This document shows, piece after piece, positions 36,908 through 47,189 of a stretch of 64,000 bases of DNA. The notes beneath the pieces were generated by a model. That model was not told the origin of the DNA and ran no database searches. It was given only the letters and a program-made list of their open reading frames with translations. Position numbers and translations under genes: made by a program. Source of the stretch: Verrucomicrobia subdivision 3 bacterium UBA6082 (lineage in GTDB: Bacteria > Verrucomicrobiota > Verrucomicrobiia > Limisphaerales > UBA8199); NCBI GenBank assembly GCA_002428665.1, contig DIXK01000018.1, positions 23,224 through 87,223 on the forward strand, read 5' to 3'. Numbering within the stretch: position 1 is the first letter of the stretch; every line of letters begins with the position of its first letter.

Positions 36908-38140
36908 TTACCCTCCCGCAGTAAATTCTGCACCAAATTCTCGGACGGTGTCGAACATGGCCACAATGTTCTCCGGTGGAACGTCGGCCATAATGTTGTG
37001 CACCTGCTGGAATACGAAACCGCTCCCCTGTGCGAGGATCCTCAACTGGTCCAGCACGTGCCGACGCACCTCGCCAGGTGTTGCCCTGGGCAAAACACTA
37101 CGTGTGTCGCAACCACCTCCCCAAAAACAAAGCCGCGAACCAAAATCCTGCTTCAGCATCATAGGATCCATGCCAGTACAGGTGATTTGTACCGGGTTGA
37201 TCGTGTCCAGGCCGGCCAAGATCAAGTCATCAAGCAGCGGTCGCACTCCGCCACAGCAATGCAGCATGATCTTTACGTCCGCCAGTTGTTTCACCCGCTG
37301 CCACATAATGCGCTGACGCGGGAAAAAGAACTCGCGATACATGCGCGGTGAAATTTGCGGCCCAGTTTGCATGCCCAGGTCATCACCAAACAAGATGATG
37401 TCGATGTGCTGGCCCACCGCACCAAGGAACGTTTCGAGATTCGACAAATGAATCTCAACCAACTGATCCAGCAGGCGGTGCGCCCGCCGGGGATCACCGG
37501 CGAGGAGCATAAAGAACATGTCGTTGCGGCACAGGATCTGGCCCCACTCAAGCAGGTTTCCGCCGAAGAGAGCCACAATGGCCCGGTCAGTCGACGCGCG
37601 CAGAACCCTCGCCCCGGACTCGAGGTTTGTGCCTGGCGGTGGCGGGGTCGGCAAGGACCAACTGACGTCTTGCATGCGAACGCGCAGATCGCTCAAATCG
37701 TCCGGCACGCCGTCTAGATACGGCCAGTAAATTTGCTCGAAATAAAGCGAGCCGGCGGCCTGAAGCGCCATGGGCTTTCCGCTCGGGCTATAAATAATCC
37801 AGTCATGCCCCTCCTTCCGAACGTCCACCCAGGCAGGGATCACGCAGTCGCTGCCGTCAGGCAATTGCCAAGGTTTCCAGGACCGTTCGTCCTGGCAGAA
37901 GCCGCGCCCCATTTCAATCGCATCAACCTCAAACCGCTGCAGCACGTCTTCATCGATGACCGCCAGTTGTTGGATCATGTCATAGACCCGGATCGGCTTT
38001 CGCGGCAGACCGAGGTGCTCGCGCAGTTTGCGATACGCAATGGCCATGATTCCGCTTGACCGGTGGGCGCCGAAATCCACCGGCACGCGGTCCGTGGGCT
38101 GATGGTCGATGGCAGCTAGGATTCTTTGGCGACTGGTCAT
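36908..38140 (-). CDS. Uroporphyrinogen-decarboxylase (URO-D) family protein
   Basis: MTSRQRILAAIDHQPTDRVPVDFG... and ...KIMLHCCGGVRPLLDDLILAGLDTINPVQ... are URO-D/MtaA-like. The ATG at 38140 is preferred over the longest ORF (38200). Confidence 0.75.
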   Translation of the reverse strand: MTSRQRILAAIDHQPTDRVPVDFGAHRSSGIMAIAYRKLREHLGLPRKPIRVYDMIQQLAVIDEDVLQRFEVDAIEMGRGFCQDERSWKPWQLPDGSDCVIPAWVDVRKEGHDWIIYSPSGKPMALQAAGSLYFEQIYWPYLDGVPDDLSDLRVRMQDVSWSLPTPPPPGTNLESGARVLRASTDRAIVALFGGNLLEWGQILCRNDMFFMLLAGDPRRAHRLLDQLVEIHLSNLETFLGAVGQHIDIILFGDDLGMQTGPQISPRMYREFFFPRQRIMWQRVKQLADVKIMLHCCGGVRPLLDDLILAGLDTINPVQITCTGMDPMMLKQDFGSRLCFWGGGCDTRSVLPRATPGEVRRHVLDQLRILAQGSGFVFQQVHNIMADVPPENIVAMFDTVREFGAEFTAGG

Positions 38141-38315
38141 AATATTGCTTTTTATTTCTTGCAGCGTGTGTCCCTTGGTTTCCGGGATAAGCGCCAGCAT
38201 AACTACAAAGGAGCATAGGCTGACACTGGCGTGAATGCCGACAGAAACCCGCTAGTGGCCGTGACGGCGGTGACTAAAGGAACCAAGCGGATCGGATGTG
38301 CAAAACCGCTTTTCA

Positions 38316-41036
38316 TCATGGATGCAGGGTGAAACTTGCCGGAGCGAAACCACGCACCGAAACCTGAAATCGCCCCGCGGTCACGGAAATGGGTTTGCCT
38401 GTAGGCCGTCCTCGCAGGTCAACCGGTTGGGCGGATCGGATGCCCAGGTCCAGCGGCAGTTGCACTTTGCATTCGCCGGAGCGTCCCGCAAGTTCCCACA
38501 GCCTCAAAATAAGCCCTTCGCCATCGGGATTAGGCCCCAATGCCGTGACCTTCACACCGCGCGGTGAGATTTGGAGCCCTGGCTGGGTCGCGGGCAGTTT
38601 ACCCGCGTCACCCTCTGCGATAGCGGTGAGCAGCGGAGAACGGGACTCTTCAGAGGGGGTCACCAAATTCTTTTCGGGGTCTGGTTGATCCACCGACCAC
38701 AGCCGCACCCTCGAGGTCCAGGTGCCCGAGTTCCACAAACGGAAGTTCGTGCTCCATTGGTTGTTGAACAAGTTGACGAAAACGCGCGGCTTCCGGGGCG
38801 TGAAGTTCTTGGAATACTTCCAACAACCGGGTTCCCCCAGGCTCACCAATGGTGAATCCAGCGGGCACAAACCTACTCCCTGGCCGGTGGGGTCGGAAAT
38901 GGTCATCCCCCCGTTTAATGCGAACTGGTGGAAGTTGCAGCCGGCAACGATATCCTTGGCCGGGTCAACAATCGAACCCAGCCTGGCCAAGCGGAACGCT
39001 GGGTCATCCAGCTTGAATGGCAGGCATATCCAGCCGGCCTCCGGCCAGGGGTCAAGTGGCTTATCTTGGACGGTTAACTCGAAATCCACCCACGGTTGAT
39101 CGTGATAGAGTGTCCATCGCGCGGTCACAGCGTGGGGAACGTTGCCCGCCGGGGCGTCCATTACGGCGCTCACAGTAAGCGGGGTCTGTTCATATCGGAC
39201 CTGGAAGCGTTCCGGGGTCGCAGCCCTGCAGGGGGTCTGTGAAGCCGGTGGCAGGCTGGGCTTCCCGAGTTCGTTTATTCCCCAATCGACATCGATCTTC
39301 ACGTAGGCTTTAACGAACGCCTGCACGTGGTCTCGATCAAATCGCTCGTAGAGGTATTGGCCGAAGCCTTGGGGAGCACCGGCATCCACCCATTCTCGTT
39401 GCGTTCGTTTGTCGATCAGCGACTGCACAACCCCTCGTTTCGGGTTGAGCACCAGTCTGAAAAAGCCAGTTTCCAGCGTGCTATTGGTCTGCAACGCCCC
39501 AGTTTGCTCCGGTTCTTCCGTGGGTGCTGTTAGCAGGGTAAAGGTTTTGTAGCCGCAGGACGGAATGTCAGTTGCGAGAAAAGCGATGGCGTCTTCTCCG
39601 GCCAGTGCCGTCACCACCGGTTTCCCCGTCCCTGTTTCGGTGATGCGTCCGAGCCCGCCTTTGAGCTTTACTGTGACTATTCCCGATCGGCTCCACGGCA
39701 GGGGGTTGAACACCACCACTCTTTGGCCAGGAACGTTGATCGCTTGTGCCAAAACCTCCAATTCTGAACGCAGCAACGGGGCGATGATGTTTTGCGCGTT
39801 CGCAATGTAGGCGCTGTGCTCATCCCAGGAAGCCTCGATGCGCTGGAACTTGCCTTGCCTGCGTTCCTTGCGCCAGTCCTCTCCGTAACTCAACCGATAT
39901 TGCCCATATATCCACGTGAATGCCCCACCCCAGGTGTGTTCGCCGTACAACAGGCTTTGCTCGTATGCCTCCGCGATGCTGGTTCGAACGCTCAGGAAGT
40001 TTGCACCCCAAGCTTGGAGTTCACTGCCCAGTAATTCTGCAGCCGCGATGGCCGGTCGGACGCGGCGCGCGACGCTCATTCCATCCGGGTTTGCCATTGG
40101 ACCATAAATCCAGGTGTCGCTCATGTCTCCGCGCACGACGGGAAGCTCCGGCTTCTCAGCCATGAGGGCATCGTAGAAATCGGAAATACGACCGACACGA
40201 GCTTTGGTCCCGGGCAGCTTCTGTTTCACTTCCTCCAGAACGCGGGTGACTTCCTCCGGCCGCGGCGGACCGTGGTTGTCGCCGGTCATGACCATCGCCA
40301 GCCAGGTCTCGTGGGGCCAGTCGGGCGGCGGAATCGGACCCGCTCCATAGCTCCCCGCTGAGTACATGGTCAGGAGTCGTGAACCGTCCGGCCCTTCCCA
40401 CCAAAACAAGGATGGGATCGCCGGTGAACTGCTGGCGGGGTTGCAGCCCAGGTGAAGAAAATCCACTCCAGCAGCTTTCAATAAGGTTGGGAGAATCCAC
40501 GAATGACTCGGCACATCGGTCATCTTTGCGTCCCGAGGCAATGATTTGCCGTTCTCCCGCGATAGGCGTGATGAAAACCCCAGCCCACGAACAAGATCCT
40601 CTATTTCCAGCAATTCTGTGTGGGTCGTGAACGGCAGGGCGTGAACCACGAATCGCCCCTCATGAAAACTCCGTAGCACGTTCTGCCGGCGCTGCGGTGT
40701 TTGGCCTGGCCCATCTTCAAGAATCTTTTTCATCGGCCAGCCAGGGATCGTCCATGCAAATTGTTGCTCCGGTGGCAGACTGCGATTCTGTTCAGCCACC
40801 TGGAGTGCCTGGTCGATCATCGTGGTGCGGTAGCGTTGCACCACGTTGCTGGCCATATCCGTATAGCCGATGTCAAAGTGAGTTTTGAAGACGATGATGA
40901 CCTCCCGCACGGACGCAGGCTTCACCCGATCAGAGGTGCCCTCAGCCCGCATCACAGCGGCAAACACCAGGCTCAGCAAAACAATCAGGCTTAAGCTCAG
41001 ACGATCTATCAGCTGCCGGCGGCGATTCAGGTTCAT
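38316..41036 (-). CDS. Secreted GH38-like alpha-mannosidase
   Basis: 906 aa with a signal/anchor (LIVLLSLVFAAVMRA). It has the metal-site-like THFDIGYTD and the motif YGEHTWGG. The length and order match bacterial GH38-related proteins, from memory. Confidence 0.7.
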   Translation of the reverse strand: MNLNRRRQLIDRLSLSLIVLLSLVFAAVMRAEGTSDRVKPASVREVIIVFKTHFDIGYTDMASNVVQRYRTTMIDQALQVAEQNRSLPPEQQFAWTIPGWPMKKILEDGPGQTPQRRQNVLRSFHEGRFVVHALPFTTHTELLEIEDLVRGLGFSSRLSRENGKSLPRDAKMTDVPSHSWILPTLLKAAGVDFLHLGCNPASSSPAIPSLFWWEGPDGSRLLTMYSAGSYGAGPIPPPDWPHETWLAMVMTGDNHGPPRPEEVTRVLEEVKQKLPGTKARVGRISDFYDALMAEKPELPVVRGDMSDTWIYGPMANPDGMSVARRVRPAIAAAELLGSELQAWGANFLSVRTSIAEAYEQSLLYGEHTWGGAFTWIYGQYRLSYGEDWRKERRQGKFQRIEASWDEHSAYIANAQNIIAPLLRSELEVLAQAINVPGQRVVVFNPLPWSRSGIVTVKLKGGLGRITETGTGKPVVTALAGEDAIAFLATDIPSCGYKTFTLLTAPTEEPEQTGALQTNSTLETGFFRLVLNPKRGVVQSLIDKRTQREWVDAGAPQGFGQYLYERFDRDHVQAFVKAYVKIDVDWGINELGKPSLPPASQTPCRAATPERFQVRYEQTPLTVSAVMDAPAGNVPHAVTARWTLYHDQPWVDFELTVQDKPLDPWPEAGWICLPFKLDDPAFRLARLGSIVDPAKDIVAGCNFHQFALNGGMTISDPTGQGVGLCPLDSPLVSLGEPGCWKYSKNFTPRKPRVFVNLFNNQWSTNFRLWNSGTWTSRVRLWSVDQPDPEKNLVTPSEESRSPLLTAIAEGDAGKLPATQPGLQISPRGVKVTALGPNPDGEGLILRLWELAGRSGECKVQLPLDLGIRSAQPVDLRGRPTGKPISVTAGRFQVSVRGFAPASFTLHP

Positions 41037-41060
41037 TTTGGGTTCGGCGTGCGATAAGTA

Positions 41061-41086
41061 ATCTTATGCTAACAGATCTCCACCAC
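41061..41086. promoter_or_regulatory. Copy 1 of a shared motif, 25 nt upstream of the GH38 start codon
   Basis: ATCTTATGCTAAcaGATCTCCACCAC. Compared with 41856-41880, 12/12 plus 7/7 nt are identical, with a 2-nt indel between the two blocks. Confidence 0.4.
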
Positions 41087-41471
41087 GCAAGTTTTCCACC
41101 GTGTGTGGTCCGGCAGCTTGGGCCGTCTTCCTAATGGTGGCCCTCCCGTTAACAGTTCACCGGGGCCGCAACGCTTCTATGATTCTTGCGCGATCGGCTG
41201 ATTGACCTTTGTGAGGGTTTGCCTCCTTCGAAGTGGCCACCCCTGTCGCTAAAGGTTCCGGGTGGCTACGATGTGCTGGATTGCCGCGCTTAACAATGCG
41301 CTGCCAGGCCACTTGAGACCAAATTGGAAAACGAAACTCAGGATGAGCCGTTCCGCATTAATCCGGATATCCCGTTCCGTAATCGATCGTGTTGATGAAG
41401 TAGGAAGTTTTAGGCTAGATACCCATTATCAATTAACACAGCTAACCCCCAAACGGAGTCCCTGGAGAATT

Positions 41472-41699
41472 ATGGTTCAGGACCGTCTAGTCAAAGCAGT
41501 GGTCGGCCGATTGAAGGAACTGGGTCTTCCCCCGTCCCTGATCGATGTAGGTGATTTTCGCGACAAGTTCTTTGGCCAGCAATGGTTAATGTTCGTTCGC
41601 GACCAGGACGAAATCGCCGATGTCCACCTCGTCCAACTCCCACACGGTGCGAATGTTAAATGTCAGCGCAAAGCTGGTGAACGTGTAAAACGCTCATAG
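41472..41699 (+). CDS. Possible small (75 aa) hypothetical protein
   Basis: The ATG at 41472 is preceded by CTGGAGAAT. It encodes MVQDRLVKAVVGRLKELGLPPSLIDVGDFRDKFFGQQWLMFVRDQDEIADVHLVQLPHG.... It sits in a visibly lower-GC spacer. No homology was recognised. Confidence 0.3.
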   Translation: MVQDRLVKAVVGRLKELGLPPSLIDVGDFRDKFFGQQWLMFVRDQDEIADVHLVQLPHGANVKCQRKAGERVKRS

Positions 41700-41854
41700 A
41701 CATTCACAGGTGGTATTCCTCTGATATTCAAAACGCTGAAAATCGTCCCAGGCAAGAATCGGGTTCAGAATCGACAATGGACTGTCAGTGACACTGCTCG
41801 GTTTGTCATAGCCGGGAAAGGCTTTGGACGTCTGATTTCCTGGCGGATGCCTTC

Positions 41855-41879
41855 GATCTTATGCTAAGATCTCCCAACC
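41855..41879. promoter_or_regulatory. Copy 2 of the shared motif, abutting the GH43/GH51 start codon; contains the palindrome GATCTTA-TGC-TAAGATC
   Basis: GATCTTATGCTAAGATCTCCCAACC followed by ATG at 41880. It is a perfect 7-bp inverted repeat with a 3-nt spacer. Confidence 0.4.
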
Positions 41880-44800
41880 ATGTCGCCCAAGAACAACGTT
41901 ATTATCTTTGCCGTCTACGTGGCGCTGTTGACCGGCGTCCTCGTTTCCGCACAGCCGTCGTTAAGTGCACAAGGCGCTTATCTCTTCACCTCCTTCCGAG
42001 GCAACGGCGACGGGTTGCACCTCGCCTATAGCCAGAATGGCCGGGATTGGACGGATCTGGACCGTGTATTTCTCACACCTGCCGTCGGTTCCAGGCTTAT
42101 GCGCGATCCCCATATTCTGCGGGGGCCCGATGGCTTGTTCCATATGGTGTGGACTAGCGGTTGGAGTGATAAAGGCATTGGCTACGCGAACTCCGCAGAC
42201 CTGGTGAACTGGTCGGAGCAGCGGTTCCTCCCGCTGATGGAAAGCAATTCGGGCACAAAAACCTGCTGGGCCCCCGAGACGTTCTATGACGCAACCGCCG
42301 GCCACTACATCATCATGTGGTCATCAAATGTGGAGGCGCCTGGTTCCACGCCGCCGAAAGGTGGATTTCATCGTGCCTATTATGCCCTCACCAGGGATTT
42401 CAAGGAGTTCACGGAGCCGAAAATGCTCTTTGACCCCGGGTTTAACAATATCGACACAACGATGCTCCAGGTGAACGGAAAATACCTTATCGTATTTAAA
42501 GAAACGGACGATCAACCGGCGGGCATCTGGGGTGCCATAAACGGTGCGCAGGCGGACAAGCCGCTCGGGCCTTACACATTGTTTGCGGAGCCGATTATCC
42601 AGAAGGAACGAGTGGAGGGCCCGGCCCTGATCGGCCTCGGAGGCAAAACGCTGTTGTACGTGGATTACTATGTGAACCACCGTTATGGTGTGCGCGAGAC
42701 CGGCGACTGGCGGACTTGGAATGATGTTACTGCATCAACGACCGTAGTTCCCGGACAGCGCCACGGCAGTATCATCACCGTTAGTCCGGCGGAACTTCGC
42801 CTGCTCGCGCCAGATTTCGATCGGACTCCGCCACCTCCAGTCATCCCGGGCGTCAATGCCGATCCCCATATTGCCGTATTCGGCGATACGTTCTATCTCT
42901 ACCCGACCACAGACGGCTCGGAAGGATGGCGCTCGACCTCATTCCGCGTGTGGTCTTCGCGCGATCTCGTGACCTGGAAAGACGAGGGGGTGATCCTTGA
43001 TCTGTCGCGCGACCTCACGTGGGCCAGTATCCATGCATGGGCGCCGGCCATAGCCACACGAAACGAAAAATACTACTATTATTACAGCGCCGCTCAAAAC
43101 ATCGGTGTTGCCGTTGCGGAACAGCCCGCCGGGCCCTTTAAAGACCCGCTGGGCCGACCGCTGGTGTCCAAAGCGGATTTCGCCCAAATGCAGGCGATTG
43201 ACCCGATGGTATTCGTGGACGAGGACGGTTCCGCCTACCTCTACTGGGGTCAGGGCCGCTGCAAGGCCGTCAAGCTGAACGAGGACATGATCTCATTTGA
43301 TCCGTCTGACGTCCGCGATATTACCCCACCCGGTTACAATGAGGGGCCGTTTGTTCACCGGCGCGACGGCAAATATTATCTCACCTGGTCAGAGTTCGAC
43401 ACGCGAGATCCGCGCTATTCCGTTGCTTACGCCACCGGTGACTCACCCCTGGGACCGTTCACAAAAGCCGCCACCAATCCCATTCTCCGCCAGCGCGGCT
43501 CTGTAAAAGGGGCTGGGCACCATTCCATCGTAAAGATTCCCGGGCGCGACGAATGGGTCATTGCTTATCACCGTTTCAGGATTCCGGGTGGCAACGGTTA
43601 TAACCGCGAGACGTGCCTTTCGCCGCTACGCCATGCGGCCGACGGCGGCTTGCTGCCGGTGGATGTCTTCGAGCCCGCCAGCCTTAAGGGAACCGCGCTC
43701 GTCCCGCTGCAGCCAGCCTCGGCTCGGCCGGTCACCACCGTGTCTGTAAACCTCGCCCAGCCCGGCAAACGGATCAGCCCCGATCTGATCGGTATCTTCT
43801 TCGAGGATATCAGCTACGCGGCCGATGGCGGGCTGTATGCGGAATTGGTGCAAAACCGGTCTTTCGAGTACCGCGCCACGGAACAGCCTCACTGGGCACC
43901 GCTGACCGCGTGGGAACAGGTCGCCCGTGATGGTGGGCAAGGGGTGTTGAAAATCACAGACGCTGTGCCAGTGCATCCGAATAACCCGCACTACGTGGTG
44001 GTGGAAACGCACCAATCGGGCGGCGGTTTCGGCCTCGCTAACTCGGGGTTCGATGGCATTGCGGTTCAGGCCGGCGAACAGTACGACTTCACGGTGTTCG
44101 CCAGGCAGTTGTTCACAGGTAACCGCTGGGGCGGCAGCGGGAACCTTGAGACCTCTGCGCGGCTGACGGTCAGGCTCGAGACCCGTTCGGGCGAACTTCT
44201 CGGAGAGGCAGGCGTGGAGATTTTCGGGCGCGAGTGGCAGCGTCTCACCGCGTTGCTGACGCCCTCCAGGTCGGATGACTCGGCCCGGTTGGTCATTCTG
44301 TCACCGGTTAAAGGGGCTGTGGCGTTGGATGAAATCTCGCTGTTCCCGCGCAAGACTTTCAAAAACCGGCCAAACGGTTTGCGCTCTGATCTGGCGCTGG
44401 TGGTAGCTGACCTTAGACCCAAGTTCATGCGCTTTCCCGGCGGCTGCCTCGTGCACGGCTACGGACTTGGCAACATGTACCGATGGCAGGAAACCGTCGG
44501 TCCCATCGAACAGCGAAGAGGCCAGCCGAATATCTGGGGCTACCACCAGTCCGTCGGGTTGGGTTACTTCGAGTATTTCCAATTCTGTGAGGATATCGGC
44601 GCCAAACCGCTGCCCGTTGTGCCGGCCGGAGTGTGCTGCCAAAACGCCGATCATCAGGGCGGCACAGGCCAGCGCGGGCTGCCGCTCGAGGCCATGCCAG
44701 CCTATATCCAGGAAGTACTCGACCTTATCGAGTGGGCGAACGGCCCAGTCACCTCCAGGTGGGGTGCTGTGCGCGCCACTGCGGGGCATCCCGCACCCTT

Positions 44801-45662
44801 TAACCTGCAGTTCGTGGGCGTCGGCAACGAGGACCATATCACCCCAATCTTTAGAGAGCGTTTCAAGTTGATTTTCGATGCCGTCAAAGCCAGACATCCC
44901 GAGATCACGCTCATAGGGACGGTCGGCCCGGCCCCGGACGGTCGGGATTTTGAAGCCGGGTGGAAAATCGCGGACGAATTGGGCATCCCGATCGTGGATG
45001 AGCATTATTATAAGCCGCCGCAGTGGTTCTGGGAGAACCTCCAGCGTTACGATTCCTATGATCGTGCCCGGTCAAAAGTCTATGTGGGTGAATACGCCGC
45101 TCACGATGACCGGCGACGCACCACCCTCCGGTCAGCGCTCGCTGAGGCGGCTTACCTTACCAGCCTCGAACGCAACGCGGATGTTGTTCCTTTTGCCTCC
45201 TACGCGCCACTGCTCGCCAAGCGCGGACACACGCATTGGAACCCCAACCTCATCTATTTCTCAAACACGGAAATCGTCCTGACGGTCAACTACTACGTGC
45301 AGCAGTTGTTCAGCATGCATGGCGGCGATGTTTATCTGCACGCCACCGTGAAGGATCCTGCGCACGCCAGGGACTTTGTGGTTTCGGTTGTGCGCGACAC
45401 AAAAACGGGAGATGTGATTCTAAAGTGCGTCAACGGCGCCGCTTTGCCAAAGCCGTTGCGCATCGAGTTGACCGGCCAAGGCACTCTGCCCTGCAACGCT
45501 GTCAAAACCGTGCTGACCGGCAACGACCCCTTGGCCACGAACGATTTTGGCGATCCTCGCGCAGTGGTTCCGCAAACCGGGAACATCACCGTGGGTGAAA
45601 TATTCAATTACGAAGCCCCGGCTCAGTCCTTGACGGTTATCCGCATGCGAAAATCAGACTGA
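41880..45662 (+). CDS. Secreted tri-modular glycoside hydrolase: GH43-like + GH43 + GH51 alpha-L-arabinofuranosidase
   Basis: 1260 aa with a signal peptide. Module 1 has MRDPHILRGPDGLFHMVWTSGW. Module 2 has GVNADPHIAVFGDTFYLYPTTDG...IDPMVFVDEDGSAYLYWG...NEGPFVHRRDGKYYLTWS. Module 3 has GIFFEDISYAADGGLYAELVQNRSFEY...MRFPGGCLVHGY...FVGVGNEDH.... Confidence 0.85.
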   Translation: MSPKNNVIIFAVYVALLTGVLVSAQPSLSAQGAYLFTSFRGNGDGLHLAYSQNGRDWTDLDRVFLTPAVGSRLMRDPHILRGPDGLFHMVWTSGWSDKGIGYANSADLVNWSEQRFLPLMESNSGTKTCWAPETFYDATAGHYIIMWSSNVEAPGSTPPKGGFHRAYYALTRDFKEFTEPKMLFDPGFNNIDTTMLQVNGKYLIVFKETDDQPAGIWGAINGAQADKPLGPYTLFAEPIIQKERVEGPALIGLGGKTLLYVDYYVNHRYGVRETGDWRTWNDVTASTTVVPGQRHGSIITVSPAELRLLAPDFDRTPPPPVIPGVNADPHIAVFGDTFYLYPTTDGSEGWRSTSFRVWSSRDLVTWKDEGVILDLSRDLTWASIHAWAPAIATRNEKYYYYYSAAQNIGVAVAEQPAGPFKDPLGRPLVSKADFAQMQAIDPMVFVDEDGSAYLYWGQGRCKAVKLNEDMISFDPSDVRDITPPGYNEGPFVHRRDGKYYLTWSEFDTRDPRYSVAYATGDSPLGPFTKAATNPILRQRGSVKGAGHHSIVKIPGRDEWVIAYHRFRIPGGNGYNRETCLSPLRHAADGGLLPVDVFEPASLKGTALVPLQPASARPVTTVSVNLAQPGKRISPDLIGIFFEDISYAADGGLYAELVQNRSFEYRATEQPHWAPLTAWEQVARDGGQGVLKITDAVPVHPNNPHYVVVETHQSGGGFGLANSGFDGIAVQAGEQYDFTVFARQLFTGNRWGGSGNLETSARLTVRLETRSGELLGEAGVEIFGREWQRLTALLTPSRSDDSARLVILSPVKGAVALDEISLFPRKTFKNRPNGLRSDLALVVADLRPKFMRFPGGCLVHGYGLGNMYRWQETVGPIEQRRGQPNIWGYHQSVGLGYFEYFQFCEDIGAKPLPVVPAGVCCQNADHQGGTGQRGLPLEAMPAYIQEVLDLIEWANGPVTSRWGAVRATAGHPAPFNLQFVGVGNEDHITPIFRERFKLIFDAVKARHPEITLIGTVGPAPDGRDFEAGWKIADELGIPIVDEHYYKPPQWFWENLQRYDSYDRARSKVYVGEYAAHDDRRRTTLRSALAEAAYLTSLERNADVVPFASYAPLLAKRGHTHWNPNLIYFSNTEIVLTVNYYVQQLFSMHGGDVYLHATVKDPAHARDFVVSVVRDTKTGDVILKCVNGAALPKPLRIELTGQGTLPCNAVKTVLTGNDPLATNDFGDPRAVVPQTGNITVGEIFNYEAPAQSLTVIRMRKSD

Positions 45663-45874
45663 TCTGGTGGCGGGATTCCTGGGATGGATTAAGACCGGCT
45701 ACACCCACTCTGGAATACAAAACTCAGACAGTGAAATGGAAGCCGGTGGACAACTCCTGCGCCACCGGCCTGAATGGTCAGGTGAGCAACAGTCTCTAGC
45801 CTTCGACCTTAACCGTATTCCGAATGAGCGCCGAAACCGGCAACTCCTTCAGAGCGCGGTGTGCTACGGTTCGC

Positions 45875-46789
45875 TCAAGGAATGTTCTTTTTTTCCACCT
45901 TCCACCCTTCCGCCTTTGCCAGACCGCAAGGATCGCCAGTGAACATCCTGGCCGCTTCCTGGTCGTTCTTTAGCTGCCACTGCAGCCAGGCCGTCGCCAC
46001 GGTGGCGAAGTCACCTCCGTGCGGCTGGCTGTAGGTTCCACCGTGCCCCACGTTTAGGTTCGCCGCGAACACTGGCACATGATTGATGCGCTTAAAATCG
46101 TCCATTCCGTTTTTGAAGGCGATGTCTTTCTCTCCGCCCAAAATGTAGATCGTCGGCGTGTGCAACTTTGCCAACTGCTCCTTGCCCACCCTGGGCAACT
46201 CGAATCTGGAGCTTGCCGGGTCGCTGAAGAGCCCGCTGTTGCAGATCATCGCCGTCGAGATCCGGGGATCGAGAGCCACCTCCAGCGCCTGCAACCCTCC
46301 GCAGGACATGCCGGCCACGGCGATCTTGTTGGTATCGAGCTTTTGGTAGTACTGGCTGAACTTGTCGTTGTTCCGGGCCATTGCCCATTGGATCGCGTCC
46401 AGCAGCATGGGTGACTTGGTTGGGCCGCCTGGGGCGCCCCGCTGTCCTTCGGAAGGCATCGAGCCAATCGCGATTACCAGAAACCCGTGCGACGCTACCT
46501 CGGAGAGGAAGTTCACATGCTCCCATGGTGAATTCGCGCAAGCACCGTTTCCCCAGACAACGATTGGCAGTTTTATTGTATCGCCCAGCGTGCTGAGATC
46601 CATCGGCCGAAAAACCGTATGGGTCGCGAGCGATTTGTCGGAAGCCATCAAAGCCTTGTAAGGCCCCGTCCCGCCATCTTCAACCACCCGACTGGCGGTC
46701 TCGGCAGATGAAGCGGGAGAGGCTGAATCCGCATTCGCACTCTGCGTCCAGGCCACAAAGGGCAACCAGCCAGCCGCACAAATCAGCAT
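45875..46789 (-). CDS. Secreted alpha/beta hydrolase (dienelactone-hydrolase/chlorophyllase-like esterase)
   Basis: GxSxG-type nucleophile elbow IAVAGMSCGG. Signal peptide MLICAAGWLPFVAWTQSANA from the ATG at 46789 (the longest ORF starts at 46951). Confidence 0.7.
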   Translation of the reverse strand: MLICAAGWLPFVAWTQSANADSASPASSAETASRVVEDGGTGPYKALMASDKSLATHTVFRPMDLSTLGDTIKLPIVVWGNGACANSPWEHVNFLSEVASHGFLVIAIGSMPSEGQRGAPGGPTKSPMLLDAIQWAMARNNDKFSQYYQKLDTNKIAVAGMSCGGLQALEVALDPRISTAMICNSGLFSDPASSRFELPRVGKEQLAKLHTPTIYILGGEKDIAFKNGMDDFKRINHVPVFAANLNVGHGGTYSQPHGGDFATVATAWLQWQLKNDQEAARMFTGDPCGLAKAEGWKVEKKNIP

Positions 46790-47189
46790 CCAACATCGGA
46801 GACGGTTCGTAAACTCATCCGCGTGGTCCTTGTACCGCTGTCTTGGTTTGCTAAAGCCTTGAAGAATGCAGGTATAGAACATAATGGTCAGCCAGCCGTA
46901 GCTGGGAACGCCGTCAAACGCAAGCTCCGAAAGGGTGCGATCAAAATCCAAAGTAGCGTTGCCTTCCCCAGCCGGATTGGTTTTCTCTCACTGATTAATT
47001 GATGCTTGCAGCGCAGAATGAACCTTGTCGGTTTAGTTTTTTGCGTTTTAGTCCAAATCCACTGGCATTATTTACACTTAGCACAATGCACTTCCTTTGT
47101 AGGGTTGACCGGTCCGGTTTCGATTACGTTCTGGTCATTCCGTAGCTCCGTTTGCGAGCACTTGACCGCCACCGCACGCGGTATACTGT

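Noticed and set aside
36563-37351. 262-aa plus-strand ORF overlapping the URO-D-family gene
   Set aside because: Low-complexity translation. The opposite strand has a coherent URO-D-like protein.
41262-41471. N-terminal 70 codons of the 145-aa ORF 41262..41699
   Set aside because: It opens with a non-ATG start and reads as low-quality sequence. Only the distal 75 codons, from the ATG at 41472 with an upstream purine-rich stretch, look protein-like, and even that call is weak.
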